The notes under the pieces were generated by a model that was given only the letters and a program-made list of their open reading frames with translations, was not told the DNA's origin and searched no databases. From positions 2,973 to 66,972 of the forward strand of contig CAZMHM010000006.1 in NCBI GenBank assembly GCA_964566135.1: a stretch of DNA of 64,000 bases, given 5' to 3'. The position numbers and the translations under genes were made by a program. Below are positions 9,641 through 19,316 of this stretch, piece after piece (position 1 is the first letter of the stretch; every line of letters starts with the position of its first letter). Source of the DNA: an uncultured Candidatus Saccharibacteria bacterium. Its GTDB lineage: Bacteria > Patescibacteriota > Saccharimonadia > Saccharimonadales > CAIOMD01.

Positions 9641-10905
9641 TGCGCGTTATCGACATTGCAACAACTGCTAACGCTAACTTGCGTCGCTCAAAGCTCCGTA
9701 CGTTCTTGACGTTGCTAGCCATAGGTATTGGTACGTTTACCCTCGCCTTAAGTTTAGGCTTGGGCCAGGGACTCCGTAATTATATTTCGTCACAACTTGG
9801 CGAGTATAAAGATGTGAACTTATACCAGGTGACAAAAGCTGGGGCGAATGGATTTAGCGGTGGCTTCGGCAACGGCGATCCGCAAGAATACGACCCAAAT
9901 AAATCAAGCGCGAATAGTTTCGCTGATTCGTTTTTAAGCCCTACCGACATTGATACGATAAAAAACACCAAGGGCGTAGCCAGCGTGCAGCTGCCGTATG
10001 CAGCAACGTTTGAATATGCAACTGCACCTAGTGGCAAAAAGTATCAAGCGGCCAATACTACCTTTGTACCGCAAACACCCATGCGCATAACAGAAGGGCA
10101 AACGCTAACCGAAAATGGCGATGCCGGCCAAATATTACTTTCACGAAAATATATTGTGCTTGTTGGCGCTAATACCACGGCTGAAGCTATAGGAAAAAAA
10201 TTGAACGTAACGTACAAAACTGCAACCGGCGAGTATGTGAATGAATCGTTTACGGTTAAGGGTATCTACGAGCCGACGCTTATTGAGTCGCCAATTACGC
10301 TCAACCAGCCTGATGCGCAGCGAATCGGAACAGCACAAGCGCTACTCGGCAAGCCAACTTTTTATTATTTGTATGTTACTAAGACTTCAGATGTAACCGA
10401 TGCTCAGCTCAAGGCAAATTTAAAAGCAAATAAATTTAGCGCCCAAAGCTTGGCCGATATTAATAACACGCTGAATAGTATTATCACTGGCGTACAGGTT
10501 GGACTTGCAGCCTTTAGCGGTGTAGCGATACTTGCCTCTGTAGTGGGAGTAATTAATACGCTATTTATGGCGGTGCTAGAACGAACCCGCGAGATTGGGT
10601 TGTTTAGGGCATTGGGTGCTAAGCGCAAAACTATCTTTGCCTTATTTAGTGTCGAGGCAGCACTACTTGGGTTTTGGGGTAGTGTATTTGGGCTTATTGC
10701 GGCTTTTGCCGCGCAGCTGGGCATCAATGCTGTAGCAGCAAACACATTCCTCAAGGGCATAGAAGGTATAAAGCTACTGAATATTACCCCGATGCTGGCT
10801 ATCTTTATTGTAGTCATAATGGCAATTATTACGTTAGTAGCGGGCTTAATACCGGCATTTAAGGCCAGCAGGCTTGACCCTATCGAGGCCCTGCGTTACG
10901 AATAA
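9640..10905 (+). CDS. ABC transporter permease, FtsX/MacB-type with a large extracytoplasmic domain
   Basis: ATG overlaps the upstream stop (TAATG). N-terminal TM, about 250-aa external domain, then three C-terminal TM helices and an FKASRLDPIEALRYE tail typical of the FtsX-like family. Confidence 0.9.
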   Translation: MRVIDIATTANANLRRSKLRTFLTLLAIGIGTFTLALSLGLGQGLRNYISSQLGEYKDVNLYQVTKAGANGFSGGFGNGDPQEYDPNKSSANSFADSFLSPTDIDTIKNTKGVASVQLPYAATFEYATAPSGKKYQAANTTFVPQTPMRITEGQTLTENGDAGQILLSRKYIVLVGANTTAEAIGKKLNVTYKTATGEYVNESFTVKGIYEPTLIESPITLNQPDAQRIGTAQALLGKPTFYYLYVTKTSDVTDAQLKANLKANKFSAQSLADINNTLNSIITGVQVGLAAFSGVAILASVVGVINTLFMAVLERTREIGLFRALGAKRKTIFALFSVEAALLGFWGSVFGLIAAFAAQLGINAVAANTFLKGIEGIKLLNITPMLAIFIVVIMAIITLVAGLIPAFKASRLDPIEALRYE

Positions 10906-10943
10906 GCTTTTGCTTTTTACATAAACGCCGTACAATAAAACAA

Positions 10944-11636
10944 ATGTCCAAAAAAGAAATACTGGTGGTTTTGGTAATATTGTTATTCATAGCTGGCCTT
11001 ACGGCGGGTGGCTATGCAGTATGGCGACATTATCATGTCTGGAAAGTCAGTGTTGTTAACAACCAAAGCGCTAAAAACGCAACACCGCCGAGTGATAATA
11101 TTTCGTTGCAAGAAGCTGCACCGACCGCCAGCAATAGCGGTGGCTTATCGGTTGATACATCTGCAAATAGCGCGAACCCGGCCCAACTTGGTAGCGGACA
11201 GTCAAAGACGAGTTCTACTGGCTCAAGTAGCGCAATTTCCTCTTCGAGCGCATCAGCACCAGGCCCCGAAACATTTGGCCAGTACGATCAATATAAGACA
11301 GCCCAAAATGCACTATTTGGTGATATAAAAGTTGGTACGGGTAACGAAGTTAAGGCTGGCAGCAAAGTTGCAATTTACTATAAAGGGTGGCTTACAAATG
11401 GAACATTATTTGACCAATCACGAGCTGGCAGTGATGGTAAACTACAGCCGTTAATATTCACTGTTGGCAACCATGAGGTTGTTGTGGGCATGGAACAAGA
11501 TATGGTTGGTATGAAAGTTGGTGGCGTACGTCGTATGATTATCCCGCCAGCGGCAGGGTACGGCGCAAATGCTCAAGGGCCTATTCCAGCAAATTCGGTT
11601 ATGGTGTTTGATGTTGAACTTCTTGATATGCAGTAA
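10944..11636 (+). CDS. membrane-anchored FKBP-type peptidyl-prolyl cis-trans isomerase
   Basis: N-terminal TM and a Ser-rich linker. FKBP core GSKVAIYYKGWLTNGTLFDQS...GMKVGGVRRMIIPPAAGYG...VFDVELL. Confidence 0.88.
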   Translation: MSKKEILVVLVILLFIAGLTAGGYAVWRHYHVWKVSVVNNQSAKNATPPSDNISLQEAAPTASNSGGLSVDTSANSANPAQLGSGQSKTSSTGSSSAISSSSASAPGPETFGQYDQYKTAQNALFGDIKVGTGNEVKAGSKVAIYYKGWLTNGTLFDQSRAGSDGKLQPLIFTVGNHEVVVGMEQDMVGMKVGGVRRMIIPPAAGYGANAQGPIPANSVMVFDVELLDMQ

Positions 11637-11662
11637 CGGCGGGGTACGTTACACTGTAATCT

Positions 11663-12937
11663 ATGCTTGATAACGTTAAGAAACTTGCTAGCACTCCCGT
11701 ATTTACACGTGGTGGTAAATCTGCGCAGCCGACACTAAATGCAAAAGACGTAGCGCAAGCACGAGCCTACATTGCGAACTATTGGAAAAATTTAGAACGA
11801 TTTCACCCAAAAGATGATGACACGCTACTAGGGCTGCCTAATCCTTACCTAGTGCCCGCCAGCGAAGCAGGCCACGATTTTGACTTCAACGAAATGTATT
11901 ACTGGGATAGCTATTTTATGGTCCAAGGTATGTTTGACACCAAGCATAAAAAGCTCGTCGTGGGTATTTTAGAAAACCTTTTATATTTGCAACAAAAATA
12001 CGGCGCGATTCCGAATGCTTCGCGCATGTACTTAACTGGCCGCTCGCAACCACCACTGTTAACCACCTTTATTTTTGAAGTCTATGACGCGTATGCCATG
12101 AGTGATTCCTGGTTAGCTAACGCTATTGAAGTTGCCAAAGTAGAATACGAAAAAGTCTGGATGGGAGTGCGTAAGCCACACAACCGAAAAGTTCATAATG
12201 GCTTGAGCAGATACTACGACATTAATATGCTCGATGACCTTGCGGAGGCCGAAAGCGGCTGGGATATGACGCCACGATTTAATCGTCGCGCACTCGATTA
12301 TCTTCCGGTTGATTTGAATAGCTTACTGTACAAATACGAAACTGATTTTGCGCGTGCCGCAGAAATAGCGGGTGATGCTAAAGGCGCTAAGCTCTGGCGT
12401 AAAACAGCCAATGCTCGTGCAAAGACAATAGATGAGTTGCTGTGGAGCAATTTACGTAATTTTTATTATGATTACAATTATAAAAAGCAAAAACGTGGTG
12501 CTGTAGCATCGCTTGCTGGGTTCTATCCGTTATGGGCGGGTATGGTTGATGCACAGCGCGCCGAAAAACTCGTAAAAGCCCTGCGTAAGTTCGAGCAAAA
12601 GGGCGGACTTGTCACCACCGATGTTCCGCAGATTTCGCAAAAGTTTCCGGGTGCAATACCCACCCAATGGGCGTATCCAAATGGCTGGGCGCCACTGCAA
12701 TATCTGATTATTAAAGGACTTGAACGCTATGGGTATCATGACGATGCGAGGCGTATTGCACGTAAGTGGCTTAAGACCAACAACGATTGGTTTAGTAACA
12801 ATGGGGTATTTTTAGAAAAATACAATGTAGTCAACCCTGAAAAACCGCCGGTTAAGGGCGTGTATCCTTCGCAAGTTGGTTTTGGCTGGACGAATGCTAT
12901 ATTTGAGCGCTTATGTAAGGATTATATTGATGGATGA
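11663..12937 (+). CDS. trehalase (glycoside hydrolase family 37), no signal peptide
   Basis: MYYWDSYF, GRSQPP and ESGWD motifs, and the GH37 signature-2-like QWAYPNGWAPLQ. Confidence 0.9.
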   Translation: MLDNVKKLASTPVFTRGGKSAQPTLNAKDVAQARAYIANYWKNLERFHPKDDDTLLGLPNPYLVPASEAGHDFDFNEMYYWDSYFMVQGMFDTKHKKLVVGILENLLYLQQKYGAIPNASRMYLTGRSQPPLLTTFIFEVYDAYAMSDSWLANAIEVAKVEYEKVWMGVRKPHNRKVHNGLSRYYDINMLDDLAEAESGWDMTPRFNRRALDYLPVDLNSLLYKYETDFARAAEIAGDAKGAKLWRKTANARAKTIDELLWSNLRNFYYDYNYKKQKRGAVASLAGFYPLWAGMVDAQRAEKLVKALRKFEQKGGLVTTDVPQISQKFPGAIPTQWAYPNGWAPLQYLIIKGLERYGYHDDARRIARKWLKTNNDWFSNNGVFLEKYNVVNPEKPPVKGVYPSQVGFGWTNAIFERLCKDYIDG

Positions 12938-13106
12938 TATTGAGGAACCAACTGCCTTGCCGTGTGAGGGTAAGCTCGCGTTTGATACTAAAAAGCAAGC
13001 CGAAGCTTCTGCGGTTGTTGCCGACTACCAACACGGCACTAAGCTAAAAGTGTATGTCTGTCGATATTGTGGCCTATGGCACTTGGCATCGCACTATAAT
13101 GAGTAG
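12930..13106 (+). CDS. small Cys/His-containing protein (possible zinc-ribbon-like), hypothetical
   Basis: 58-aa ORF from an ATG that overlaps the trehalase stop (ATGGATGA). Has C-x40-CxxCxxxH spacing (PCEGK...CRYCGLWH). No family recognised. Confidence 0.4.
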   Translation: MDDIEEPTALPCEGKLAFDTKKQAEASAVVADYQHGTKLKVYVCRYCGLWHLASHYNE

Positions 13107-13159
13107 AAGACTGCTGTATTATATGTCTAGAGAATATATAAAGCTTAAGGAATATCCTC

Positions 13160-14776
13160 TTGGCAAAGATAAAAAACCAATCTAATAATCAGTCATATCG
13201 TAAAATGGCGATATTTGTTGGAATTTTCAGCCTTATTGGCGTAGTACTGCTACTAGCTACACATGCGGGTGTCCGTAAATTCGTTGCAGTTGAAGCAGAC
13301 GCCGCAAGCCGTAGCGGTAGCGTTAACGTCATATCAGATTCAGGTGCAACGGCAGGTAAAGCACTTGCATTTGTAGCCCCTCCAAATCAAACTCCAAGCG
13401 GCTGTTCCGGGATTTCTGTAGCTGCAGGCGGCGATGTTGTTGCTGCTGTTGCTAATGCACCAGCCGGTTCTACTGTTTGTATTTCATCCGGGACGTATAA
13501 ATTAACAAGCCAAATTGTACCTAAAAATAACGTTATTTTATGGGGCGCACCAGGTTCTATATTAGATGGTTCAAAGACTATTGCATCAAATAGCTGGTCG
13601 CAGCAGGGTTCATATTGGGTTGCAAGTGGCTTTGCGGGCAATGGCAATGGCGGTGGGCAGTGTGACGATAATACGTTAAACCCGTGTCTACCGACTGATC
13701 AACTTTTTATGAATGATACTCACCTTACAAGAGTCATGCGATTAGCCGACGTTAACGCTGGCAAGTTTTATGTCGATTATGGAGCAAACAAAGTCTATAT
13801 AGCAGACAATCCGACAGGCAAAACTATGGATATTGCCCGTACAGAATTTGCAATTAAATCCTCAAGTACGGGAGTAACCGTAAAGGGTTTGACGGTACAA
13901 AAGTTTGCTACAAAAGCGCAGCAAGGTGCGGTTTCGGCAGAAGGAGCAGGCTGGAAAATAACGGGCAATTTGTTCCGCTGGAATCATGCAGCAGGCTTGC
14001 ACTTAGCCTATGCGGACAATTCGACTGTCGATGGCAATACAATGTCACAAAATGGCCAGATTGGAATTGCGCACTATAACTCACAAAATGTCACAATTTC
14101 TAATAACAATATTACCGCAAACAATACCGATGGCTTTTGGATTGCAGACTGGGAATCTGGCGGGTATAAAACCACTAATTCTTCTGCGAACTTTGTCGGA
14201 AACTCTGTAACGAACAATTTGGGTGTTGGCGTTTGGGTTGATGTTGACGGTAAGGGAGTAACGATTGATAACAACTCAATTACAAGCAATGCTGCCGACG
14301 GTGTTCGGTATGAAATTAGCTACAACGGTGTAATCAAGAATAACAATGTAATTAACAATGGTTTTGGTATGAAGCGGGGCGCTGATTATAGCTTGTACGC
14401 AGTAGCAGGCATTAATGTTAATTCTTCTTCAGCGGTTGATATCTTTGGTAACACGGTTTCTAACAATGCAAATGGAATCGTGTTGCAGATGCGCAATCGG
14501 GGTAGTGGTAAATACGGGCTATGGGCACTGACAAATGCAACTGTTCACAATAATACAATCACTATGAAATCAGGTACGAGATACGGTGAAAATGTTAGCG
14601 GATTGGGCCAATTAGTGAGCGACAATAGCTACTTCACGAGTAAGGGTAATAGGTTTTACGATAATACGTATTATTTGGATTCCTCAACTGCCAAAAGATT
14701 TGCATGGAATAATTCATATATTACCTCCGCTAACTGGAAAGCGGCAGGCCAAGATGTTAACGGGACGTTCTATTAA
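13160..14776 (+). CDS. membrane-anchored right-handed parallel beta-helix repeat protein (pectate-lyase fold, putative glycan-degrading enzyme)
   Basis: TTG start and N-terminal TM. Repeated PbH1-like units (NNITANNTDGFWI, NSVTNNLGVGVWV, NSITSNAADGVRY, NTVSNNANGIVLQ). Confidence 0.8.
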   Translation: MAKIKNQSNNQSYRKMAIFVGIFSLIGVVLLLATHAGVRKFVAVEADAASRSGSVNVISDSGATAGKALAFVAPPNQTPSGCSGISVAAGGDVVAAVANAPAGSTVCISSGTYKLTSQIVPKNNVILWGAPGSILDGSKTIASNSWSQQGSYWVASGFAGNGNGGGQCDDNTLNPCLPTDQLFMNDTHLTRVMRLADVNAGKFYVDYGANKVYIADNPTGKTMDIARTEFAIKSSSTGVTVKGLTVQKFATKAQQGAVSAEGAGWKITGNLFRWNHAAGLHLAYADNSTVDGNTMSQNGQIGIAHYNSQNVTISNNNITANNTDGFWIADWESGGYKTTNSSANFVGNSVTNNLGVGVWVDVDGKGVTIDNNSITSNAADGVRYEISYNGVIKNNNVINNGFGMKRGADYSLYAVAGINVNSSSAVDIFGNTVSNNANGIVLQMRNRGSGKYGLWALTNATVHNNTITMKSGTRYGENVSGLGQLVSDNSYFTSKGNRFYDNTYYLDSSTAKRFAWNNSYITSANWKAAGQDVNGTFY

Positions 14777-14889
14777 TACAAAAGTAGCCTATTAGTTTGA
14801 TAAATGGATAGGGCGCCTATGATTCGCCCAATAGCGTTCTAAACTAATAAGTTTGGTGTAGTATCATATAGCATATAAGGTGGTCTAAC

Positions 14890-15882
14890 GTGTATACAAT
14901 AATAAAAAAAATCGGTCTAGCAGTTCTTCTAACAAATATCATTGTGATGAGTCTTATTGCTGTATCGAGTAACACTTACGCTGCGGCATGCTCTAACACA
15001 AGTAATTATGGTACGGCGACAATGACAGTATCGATACCTGCAACGGGTGATTATCGTATATGGTCACGGATGAAAGTTCCCAGTACGAGCAGTAGTACCT
15101 ACCAGCTTGAAGTAGACGGTAATACATGCTGGCAAGTTGGCGGCAGTAATGTGCCTGTTAATTCATGGACATGGGTTGACTGGTCTGGGGGTAACAGTCT
15201 ACAAAAAGTAAATTACACATTTACGTCAACGGGCAATCATACTCTAAAGCTTGTTGGCTCGGCTGCTGGGGTTGAAGTTGATAAAGTAATACTACTTGGC
15301 GCGGGGGAGCTATGTTCGGATAATGGAACTTCCCCTGCAGGAGATGGTAGTAATTGTTCGGCAGGCCCCGTGGCCACAAATACCGGCACTACGCCAGCTC
15401 CAACACCAGTTAACGCTCCGGTAGCCGGCACGACTACCCCAGGTATTGTGCAACAGAATCAAGCTAATGCAGCAAAAACAGAATATTTTGTTGACGGTAA
15501 ATTAGTGCAATCATCCGATGGAGCGCAGGCGCTTGATACTACAAAAATTCCTGATGGTACCCACAAGCTTGATACGGTCGTGACGTTAAAAGATGGCACA
15601 AAAGTAGCCGACAGCCAAACGGTCATAATCAAGAATAACCAAAACTTTTTTGGAAAGTATAAGACAGTCCTCACACTACTAGGCGTAATAGCAGGCATCG
15701 CAGTAGGTCTATTCGTATCTTGGCTCGTATGGTTCCGCAGACATCCTATCAATATAGGTCAGTTACTTACCCGTGCGCCGTCTCAACCACAGACGACCCC
15801 TATGTATCACGAACCGACAATAATTTCGCCCAATACTATTGAACCGGACAAAGGCAATGAACATGAAGCGCCTAAATCTTAA
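14890..15882 (+). CDS. secreted carbohydrate-binding-module-like protein with a C-terminal TM anchor
   Basis: AAGGTGG Shine-Dalgarno then GTG. Signal peptide. CBM6/35-like segment (PATGDYRIWSRM...GNHTLKLVG...VEVDKVILLG), Ig-like segment, and TM helix near the C-terminus. Confidence 0.75.
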   Translation: MYTIIKKIGLAVLLTNIIVMSLIAVSSNTYAAACSNTSNYGTATMTVSIPATGDYRIWSRMKVPSTSSSTYQLEVDGNTCWQVGGSNVPVNSWTWVDWSGGNSLQKVNYTFTSTGNHTLKLVGSAAGVEVDKVILLGAGELCSDNGTSPAGDGSNCSAGPVATNTGTTPAPTPVNAPVAGTTTPGIVQQNQANAAKTEYFVDGKLVQSSDGAQALDTTKIPDGTHKLDTVVTLKDGTKVADSQTVIIKNNQNFFGKYKTVLTLLGVIAGIAVGLFVSWLVWFRRHPINIGQLLTRAPSQPQTTPMYHEPTIISPNTIEPDKGNEHEAPKS

Positions 15883-17068
15883 GAATCTCAAACCGCCAAA
15901 AGAGAAGAAACCGGCAATAGAAAACTATGTAGTTTCGTATATAGACAAAAAATCAACACGCTATCACCGTGTAACTATGACGGCTTTCACTGGTTTGTTT
16001 GGTGTTATCGGTGTTGCATTTTTGCTCAGTTCGAATGCTGCGGTTCGTAAATTTGCGGCAGTCGAGCCCGAAGTTTCAAATCGCTCTGGCAATACAAGTG
16101 TGGTTACTGATGGCTCAGCCGCTGCCGGTAATGCACTTAAATTTGATGCACCATCCGCCACTCCCGCACCAACTCCAACCCCAACACCTACGCCAACAGA
16201 TCCAACAACGCTACCAACTTGGGGTGCTGCCTCATGGCGGGATGAGTTCAACGCAAACTCGATCGACACGACGCGCTGGGGCATATATCACAATAATTAT
16301 GGATCAGGTAATAACGAACTAGAATGCAACACGCCAAATAATGTTTCTGAATCAGGTGGATACCTGACTATCACAGGAAAAAAGCAAACTTATGCGTGCC
16401 CAGTTGGCGGGACAAAGAACTATACCTCTGCATTTTTGGGTTCACGTGATGCAAGTACACCGCGCTACTATCCGCTCTATAGCCGTTTTGAAATTCGCGC
16501 TCGCGTGCCACACGGCCAGGGTTTGTGGCCGGCATTTTGGTTGCGGCATAAGGCTGGTTCAAGCGCTGCCGAAGTCGATATCGTAGAGTTATTTCACAAT
16601 CAAGCACCGGGTAAAGTAACAAGTACACTGCATTTCCCAAATACGCTTGGGTCTAATGTATCTAAGAAAAGTACTGCCTTTGAGACTGCCATGCAAGGTA
16701 CTGGTAGCTGGCACACCTTTGCGGTTGAAATCACTCCGGCAGGTACGAACGCGGTTAAGTTTGTATTTTTTGTCGACAATACCCAAACGCTTACATATAC
16801 AAACACCAATGCTTCAAGCTGGACGTCAGGTTATCAAACCGGAGCGTGGGATATCGCCCTCAATATGGCGATTGGCGGTAAGTATGTTGGTAATCCAGAT
16901 TCACAGCTTGGCTATCTTCCAGATGTAAATAAATGTTCGTTGACATATGCAGCGCCAACAAACAATAATCCAGCAACATGCCCTACGACAAATATTTGGT
17001 TTGCAAACCTCGCGCAGCGAGATGCAGTTTACCAGATTGATTACGTGCGAGTTTGGTCACTGCCATAG
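15857..17068 (+). CDS. membrane-anchored glycoside hydrolase family 16 (beta-glucanase/laminarinase-like)
   Basis: GH16 catalytic motif EVDIVE within AAEVDIVELF, and a Thr/Pro linker (TPAPTPTPTPTPT). Start is uncertain (ORF opens at 15839; ATGs at 15857 and 15863) and overlaps the upstream gene. Confidence 0.85.
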   Translation: MNMKRLNLKNLKPPKEKKPAIENYVVSYIDKKSTRYHRVTMTAFTGLFGVIGVAFLLSSNAAVRKFAAVEPEVSNRSGNTSVVTDGSAAAGNALKFDAPSATPAPTPTPTPTPTDPTTLPTWGAASWRDEFNANSIDTTRWGIYHNNYGSGNNELECNTPNNVSESGGYLTITGKKQTYACPVGGTKNYTSAFLGSRDASTPRYYPLYSRFEIRARVPHGQGLWPAFWLRHKAGSSAAEVDIVELFHNQAPGKVTSTLHFPNTLGSNVSKKSTAFETAMQGTGSWHTFAVEITPAGTNAVKFVFFVDNTQTLTYTNTNASSWTSGYQTGAWDIALNMAIGGKYVGNPDSQLGYLPDVNKCSLTYAAPTNNNPATCPTTNIWFANLAQRDAVYQIDYVRVWSLP

Positions 17069-17108
17069 TCTGTAAATCGCATTGCAATCTGTTACAATGG
17101 TGGTAACT

Positions 17109-18545
17109 ATGAATAAGTTTTACGTCGCAACTGCTATTCCCTATGCTAACGCTGCGCCACATATCGGCACGGCTCTTGATTTTATTTGTGCAGATACGCT
17201 TGCTCGGTATCATCGTCAACGTGGAGCACAGACTTTATTTAGCACCGGTACCGACGAACATGGCACGAAAATTGCCGAGAAAGCAGCCGAACTTGGCGTT
17301 ACGCCACAACAGCTTGTAGATGAAAACTCCAAAGAGTTTATTGCTATGGCCAAAAAGCTGAATATTAGTAACGACCGCTTTATTCGTACTACTGATAAAG
17401 GCCACGAACAACGAGCACAAATTATTTGGAAGAACCTTAGTGCACATATATACAAAAATAAATATGTAGGATTGTACTGCGTTGGTTGCGAAGAATTTGT
17501 AACCGAAACAACTGCTACCGAAAATAAGGGTATTTGCCCAATCCACAACCGACCATACGAAAAACTAGAAGAAGAGAACTATTTTTTTGCGCTCAGCAAA
17601 TTTACGCCGCAAATCCTTGAGGCGATTAAATCGGGTAGTTTTAGAATCCTACCCGAATCGCGCAAGCATGAAATCTTAAAAGTAATAGAAGGCGGTCTAG
17701 ATGATATTAGTATTTCGAGGCCAGCCGACAAACTTGCGTGGGGAATTCCAGTACCTGGCGACACAAAACAAGTCATGTACGTGTGGTTCGAGGCGCTTCT
17801 TAACTACATCACCGTATTAGGCTATCCAGAGCACGAAGATTTTAAGACTTTCTGGCCCGCTGATGTACAGGTTATTGGTAAAGACATTCTTAGGTTTCAT
17901 GCGGCTATTTGGCCTGGTATTTTACTAGGACTTGGGTTGCCGCTACCAAAGTTATTGTATGTGCATGGGTTTGTAAACCTTGACGGCAAGAAAATCAGCA
18001 AGAGCCTAGGCAATGTTATTGCGCCTAACGAAATAATCGATAAATATGGTACGGATGCGTTTAGATATTACTTTTTGCGACATGTCCCAAGCTATAACGA
18101 TGGTGATTTTACGTGGGAGCGCATGGAGGCGGTATATAACAGCGAACTAGCTAACGAACTTGGTAATGCTGTTAGCCGTATCGCAGCCATGATTGTGAAA
18201 TATCAAGATGGCGTTATTGGTGAGATTCCACCCGCAGAGCACGACACCCACGAATACGAAGAAGCGATTGCACACTGCAAATTTGATCGAGCTCTCGAGG
18301 AAGTCTGGGAACAAGTGCGAGGTATTAACCAATATATCGATACACAAAAACCGTGGGAAATTGCCAAGACAAACGATGTTGCCCATTTACGTGAAGTACT
18401 AGCATATGCTGCGAGCTGTTTGCTCGAGATTGCAGAGTTGCTTGAACCATTTATGCCCGAAACGGCACATAAGATACAGTTTGTTTTCATTGAAGGCGTA
18501 GTGCGACCACTCGAAACCTCATTGTTTCCCAAACACGAAGATTAG
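17109..18545 (+). CDS. metG: methionine--tRNA ligase (minimal form, no C-terminal tRNA-binding domain)
   Basis: HIGH-type APHIGTA, KMSKS-type KISKS, and zinc-knuckle CVGCEEF...CPIH. Start chosen at MNKFYVATAIPY. Confidence 0.93.
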   Translation: MNKFYVATAIPYANAAPHIGTALDFICADTLARYHRQRGAQTLFSTGTDEHGTKIAEKAAELGVTPQQLVDENSKEFIAMAKKLNISNDRFIRTTDKGHEQRAQIIWKNLSAHIYKNKYVGLYCVGCEEFVTETTATENKGICPIHNRPYEKLEEENYFFALSKFTPQILEAIKSGSFRILPESRKHEILKVIEGGLDDISISRPADKLAWGIPVPGDTKQVMYVWFEALLNYITVLGYPEHEDFKTFWPADVQVIGKDILRFHAAIWPGILLGLGLPLPKLLYVHGFVNLDGKKISKSLGNVIAPNEIIDKYGTDAFRYYFLRHVPSYNDGDFTWERMEAVYNSELANELGNAVSRIAAMIVKYQDGVIGEIPPAEHDTHEYEEAIAHCKFDRALEEVWEQVRGINQYIDTQKPWEIAKTNDVAHLREVLAYAASCLLEIAELLEPFMPETAHKIQFVFIEGVVRPLETSLFPKHED

Positions 18546-18550
18546 GCCAT

Positions 18551-19315
18551 ATGATTCAATTTGTTGATACCCATTGCCATATTCACGCGTCTGATTACAG
18601 CCTTGATGCAACAGACGTTATTGCGAGTGGCGCAGCGCTTGGGGTAACAAAAGCAATTTGCGTTGGTACCGACGAGCACGATAGTGCCGAAGCTGTCGCA
18701 TTCGTACAGGATAAGCCTAATCTGTGGGCTAGTATTGGATTGCATCCACATGATGCAAAACTTGGCCAAGACGCGTTTGACGCACTATCTGCTCTTGTTT
18801 CTCAGCCAAAAATCGTTGCTATTGGTGAGTGTGGCCTGGACTATTTTTATAACCATTCAGATAAAAAAGACCAAGAAATGGCTTTACGATTTCAGATTGA
18901 GCTTGCACTAACGCACAATTTACCAATGATTTTTCATGTTCGTGATGCGTTTGATGATTTTTGGCCAATTTTTGATAGTTATACAGGTATAACAGGGGTG
19001 GTACACAGCTTTACTGCAACCGAAAAAGAGCTACATGAGGCGCTTAAGCGCGGATTATACATTGGCCTAAACGGTATTATGACGTTTTCAAAAGATGCCA
19101 CACAACTAGCGGCAGCTAAGGCAATTCCACTTGATAAATTAGTGCTTGAAACAGATGCGCCTTTCTTGACACCTGTGCCATTACGTGGTAAAGTAAACGA
19201 GATAAAAAACGTAGTTTTGACAGCCGACTTTTTAAGCAACATACGGGGCGAAAGCCTTGAAAAACTTGGGTCTGCCACTACTAGTAATGCCATAAAATTA
19301 TTTAGGCTTGCCTAA
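18551..19315 (+). CDS. tatD: TatD-family metal-dependent hydrolase/DNase
   Basis: FVDTHCHI N-terminus, GECGLDY, VVHSF and ETDAPFL motifs. Confidence 0.9.
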   Translation: MIQFVDTHCHIHASDYSLDATDVIASGAALGVTKAICVGTDEHDSAEAVAFVQDKPNLWASIGLHPHDAKLGQDAFDALSALVSQPKIVAIGECGLDYFYNHSDKKDQEMALRFQIELALTHNLPMIFHVRDAFDDFWPIFDSYTGITGVVHSFTATEKELHEALKRGLYIGLNGIMTFSKDATQLAAAKAIPLDKLVLETDAPFLTPVPLRGKVNEIKNVVLTADFLSNIRGESLEKLGSATTSNAIKLFRLA

Positions 19316-19316
19316 T

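Noticed and set aside
16157-16210. Repetitive ACNCCN tract as a repeat element
   Set aside because: It encodes a Thr/Pro linker (TPAPTPTPTPTPTDPTT) between the anchor module and the GH16 catalytic domain, a common feature of carbohydrate-active enzymes.
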